This document shows, in pieces, positions 60,963-64,000 of a stretch of DNA of 64,000 nucleotides. The DNA lies in assembly GCA_963706575.1 (NCBI GenBank), contig CAVPNL010000006.1, positions 896,001 to 960,000 of the forward strand. Reading direction: 5' to 3'. This DNA is from an uncultured delta proteobacterium (lineage in GTDB: Bacteria > Desulfobacterota > Desulfobacteria > Desulfobacterales > JAHEIW01). Both the position numbers and the translations under genes were made by a program. The notes under the pieces were generated by a model. It saw only the letters and a list, made by a program, of their open reading frames with translations, was not told the DNA's origin and did not search any database. Position 1 is the stretch's first letter; each line of letters opens with the position of its first letter.

Positions 60963-61259
60963 ATGGAGACATCAATGAATAAAACGGAAGAACAGGTTTT
61001 AGAGGACAAAATTGAGAATCTAATTGCAATTGGCGCTGCCACGGCAGCAAATTGTATTCCCTGCTTTGAACACCTTTATGAAAAAGCCATCAATTCTGGT
61101 ATCACATTAGCAGAGATTAAACGGGCTTCTGATATTGCCGGATTGGTTAAAAAAGGCGCTCATATTGCGCTTACAAACAGCGTTAATGAACTCATCGGAA
61201 TAGAAGAAACCGATAACATGCCGTGCGACCAGACAGCGAACAAATCTTGTTGCAGCTAA
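60963..61259 (+). CDS. AhpD/carboxymuconolactone decarboxylase-like CxxC protein
   Basis: LIAIGAATAANCIPCFEH, C-terminal CCS. Confidence 0.78.
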   Translation: METSMNKTEEQVLEDKIENLIAIGAATAANCIPCFEHLYEKAINSGITLAEIKRASDIAGLVKKGAHIALTNSVNELIGIEETDNMPCDQTANKSCCS

Positions 61260-61296
61260 TTACGAACCTTGTAGAATAAAAATAAAGAACAGAAAA

Positions 61297-61848
61297 ATGG
61301 ATTATTGGGATATATATCACAATTACTATGAACGCGTAAAAAGGTTCATTTTTACGCTTGTTAAAGATCAATGGGTGGCCGATGATTTAATCCAGGAGAC
61401 TTTCATCAAGGTACAAAAAAACCTGAACCAGTTGAAAGAAGAAGCCAAGCTTTCTTCTTGGATTTTTAAAATTGCCTACAACCTTTGTCAGGATCACTTT
61501 CGACAAGTCAGCCAATCATCTAAAAGAGAACGCGTTCCTAGCGAAGAAAGGCAATTTCTAACAGAACCGCTATTCCAAAAAGAATTTGAGCAACATCAAA
61601 TGGGAGAATGCGTCCAAGACAAAATCAGATTATTGCCGGAATCATATCAGACCGTGCTGGTTCTTTTTGATCTGATGGAATTCAGCCATCAGGAAATCGC
61701 CGAGATTCTCGATATATCTGTTGAGAATGTCAAGGTTAGATTACACCGCGCCCGCAAGAAATTAAAAATAATCCTGGAAAAAGAATGCAGATTCGAAGTC
61801 GACGAACGAAATGTCTTTATTTGCGATCCTGTCTCAAGCAAAAACTAG
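61297..61848 (+). CDS. ECF RNA polymerase sigma factor with Cys-containing C-terminal tail
   Basis: ADDLIQETFIK, WIFKIAYN, NVKVRLHRAR, ECRFEVDERNVFIC. Confidence 0.92.
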   Translation: MDYWDIYHNYYERVKRFIFTLVKDQWVADDLIQETFIKVQKNLNQLKEEAKLSSWIFKIAYNLCQDHFRQVSQSSKRERVPSEERQFLTEPLFQKEFEQHQMGECVQDKIRLLPESYQTVLVLFDLMEFSHQEIAEILDISVENVKVRLHRARKKLKIILEKECRFEVDERNVFICDPVSSKN

Positions 61849-61989
61849 AACCCATCTCAAAAATGTCTTTTGGCCCCATATCTTTGTTGGTGCCTGGCTT
61901 CAAATCCTCGACATACAACAGTATGCCTGCGGTTTTAAGCTCGGCCCCGCCGCGATCTTGAACAGAAATCCTATTTTTGAGATGGGTTC
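61848..61989. mobile_element. 142-bp MITE-like element, copy 3, flanked by TA
   Basis: ta-gaacccatctcaaaaat...atttttgagatgggttc-ta. Its left junction forms the sigma gene's TAG. Confidence 0.85.
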
Positions 61990-62067
61990 TAATATATTAT
62001 TTTATCGGGTAATTAGAAAGGGTCTTAACCCTCGCCCGTGAACTTATCTTGAGGAAGGAGTCTACAA

Positions 62068-62865
62068 ATGCACGACAAAGATTCACCGTTCCCAATTGCT
62101 GACTCACATGGCAGGCTTGAGTGTAAGGAACTCTGGGGAGGTATCCGCAATAGAGATTCAGAGGTCTCTGCCGGAAAAGTCATCGGTTCTATCTATTCTA
62201 CACCTTGTTGCGAGGGCGGAAAGGGTGGAGACATCTACTATTTTGGAGTTTGCAAAGGCGGCATCATAACTCGACTGGCTATAGCAGATGTTACCGGTCA
62301 CGGCGAGGCAGTCTCGGAAATAAGCCAGTATGTCTATGACACTTTAAAAGCGCACATTTGAGAGCCGGACAGTCGGGTCATTCTGGGCGAAGTTAACCAA
62401 CGAATAAGCAGCCGCAGCCTGGATGCCATGACTACCGCGGCAGTTGTCGCGTATTATCGAGAGGAGAGCGAAGCGAGAGTGTCTTATGCCGGTCACCCTC
62501 CTGTCCTATACCAGCGGGCCAACGACAGGGTCTGGTCCTACGCCAGACCGCCTGGTCGTAAAGGTCAAAGTGATGGCACTCCACTAAACATACCCCTTGC
62601 TATCGACTTGGATACACTTTACAGCCAGATTACGATTTCGATGACCCCCGGAGACCGTCTCTTTGCCTATACCGATGGAATCATTGACGCGCCCAATCCC
62701 GAGGGTGAAAGTTTTGGATTAGATCGCCTCAAAGATGCCCTTGATGCAAATACAGGAACCACCTTGGCTGAACTTAAATCGGCTGTCCTCAAAACATTGC
62801 ATGAATTTACTGAAGCAGAGCTAAACCATGATGACATTACTCTGATTGCCATGGAGATTTGTTAA
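62068..62865 (+). CDS. PP2C/SpoIIE (RsbU-like) serine phosphatase with in-frame TGA at 62359-62361 (Sec readthrough or nonsense mutation)
   Basis: GGDIY and IADVTGHG lie before the TGA; AGHPP, YTDGIID and DDITL lie after it in the same frame. Confidence 0.8.
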
Positions 62866-62888
62866 CGCTTTACCCATAATTCGTTATT

Positions 62889-63560
62889 ATGGAATCGATA
62901 AATTATTCTAAATACTTAATGCTTTCGGCACTTGTTATCGCATGGTGCGTCCTACACAGTGCAATGATATCGATTTCAGCAACAGGATATTTCAAAAGAC
63001 GCTTGGGATCCAAGTATCGTTTTTATCGTTTATTTTTCAACCTGATTGCCATTCTAACGCTAATACCGGTCGCTTTATTTGCATATTCGATACGAACTGA
63101 AGCACTATTCCATTGGAATGGATATATGCGCATCGGCCAGGTTCTATTACTTGTAATATCTTTTTTGTTGTTCTACCTTGGCGGGCGTCATTATGGTGTC
63201 CGTCAGGTTTTGGGAATTAAACAGATAAAAGAAGGAACCTCGAGCAAAGCGATTACCGATACAGGTGAGTTAGACACTTCAGGTGTCCTTGGAATAACCC
63301 GGCATCCATGGTATCTCGCAGTTATTCTACTTATCTGGGCACGCCAAATGGACGTATCTGTGATATTTGTAAATGTAATACTTACATCCTATTTGATTGT
63401 AGGAACTTATCTCGAAGAAAGAAAACTTATAAGGGAATTTGGAGAAAAATACCTGACCTATCAGCAGAAAGTGTCTATGCTCATACCATACAAGTGGCTT
63501 AAGTCTAAAATAATTATGAGGTATGGCGCGCCTAACCAAACAAATTCTTCCGACGCGTGA
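62889..63560 (+). CDS. Isoprenylcysteine carboxyl methyltransferase / NnrU-like membrane protein
   Basis: LHS, YRLFFN, ITRHPWY, EERKL..FG..Y..YQ..V. Confidence 0.8.
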   Translation: MESINYSKYLMLSALVIAWCVLHSAMISISATGYFKRRLGSKYRFYRLFFNLIAILTLIPVALFAYSIRTEALFHWNGYMRIGQVLLLVISFLLFYLGGRHYGVRQVLGIKQIKEGTSSKAITDTGELDTSGVLGITRHPWYLAVILLIWARQMDVSVIFVNVILTSYLIVGTYLEERKLIREFGEKYLTYQQKVSMLIPYKWLKSKIIMRYGAPNQTNSSDA

Positions 63561-63688
63561 ACCTTAGGATGATTCGACGCATTCCAGGAAAAATAAAAAT
63601 TATTTCTCAGTCTTATTTTTTTAATAATTGTTGTGGATTATAATTGAGTGGCGGTTTTATGATTGATTAGGGAGAAAGGAGTAAGGGA

Positions 63689-64000
63689 ATGGAAGAGAAA
63701 ATACCACGAACCGTAAGTCGGGATTTGACTTTTGAAAACGGTAAGGCAATCGGCATCAGTAACAGGTGGAATAAAGGACAGTATTGCGCGATCTTAACGG
63801 AGGCCGGCATCGTGGGGTGCGGGATCTACGATATCGCAACCGCAGCTGAATTTGACATGGCCCTGGCAATTGCCAAAGGTACTCCTGAGCACCCGCTCGT
63901 CGAACCGGAAGACCTTTTTAATGCAAAGATCGTCAATCTAACACCCAGGGCAAGAGATTTTGGTATTGAGATTGGAATGACAGGCAAACAGGCAGTTGAA
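63689..64000 (+). CDS. YunC/DUF1805-like protein, 3' end outside the window
   Basis: My translation gives MEEKIPR..GIVGCGIYD..AIAKG..EDLFNAKIV..GIEIGMTGKQAVE; purine-rich RBS. Confidence 0.7.
   Translation, partial: MEEKIPRTVSRDLTFENGKAIGISNRWNKGQYCAILTEAGIVGCGIYDIATAAEFDMALAIAKGTPEHPLVEPEDLFNAKIVNLTPRARDFGIEIGMTGKQAVE

Noticed and set aside
61811..62041. Small ORFs at 61811 and 45874 sharing IFEMGSN
   Set aside because: They are translations of the MITE sequence and not genes.

Overview
64-kb chromosomal window from an anaerobic, selenocysteine-using bacterium. Gene content suggests Desulfobacterales/Desulfobacterota, which is an inference. In order it holds: a Sec-containing formate dehydrogenase alpha subunit; a convergent Sec-containing HdrD/CCG-domain Fe-S protein; quinone oxidoreductase; a Liv-type ABC transporter with CoA ligase and enoyl-CoA hydratase; yjbQ; a repeat-flanked GxxExxY gene; hrpA; a glycosyltransferase; a TAXI-TRAP transporter; a type II secretion (gsp) cluster; general metabolic genes; a sigma54 activator with a cytochrome b target; feoAB with a DtxR-like regulator; two ECF sigma modules; and a PP2C gene split by an in-frame TGA. 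The most unusual element is a two-gene cassette on the opposite strand between gspF and gspG. It encodes an IHF/HU-pentapeptide-repeat fusion and a second GspC whose predicted cytoplasmic N-terminus has five tandem IS481-transposase-like HTH repeats, with four phased 12-bp direct repeats between the two genes. Several MITE/REP-like repeat families occupy intergenic spaces and some coding regions. I recognised no rRNA, tRNA or CRISPR array. All calls come from reading motifs by eye, and no searches were run.
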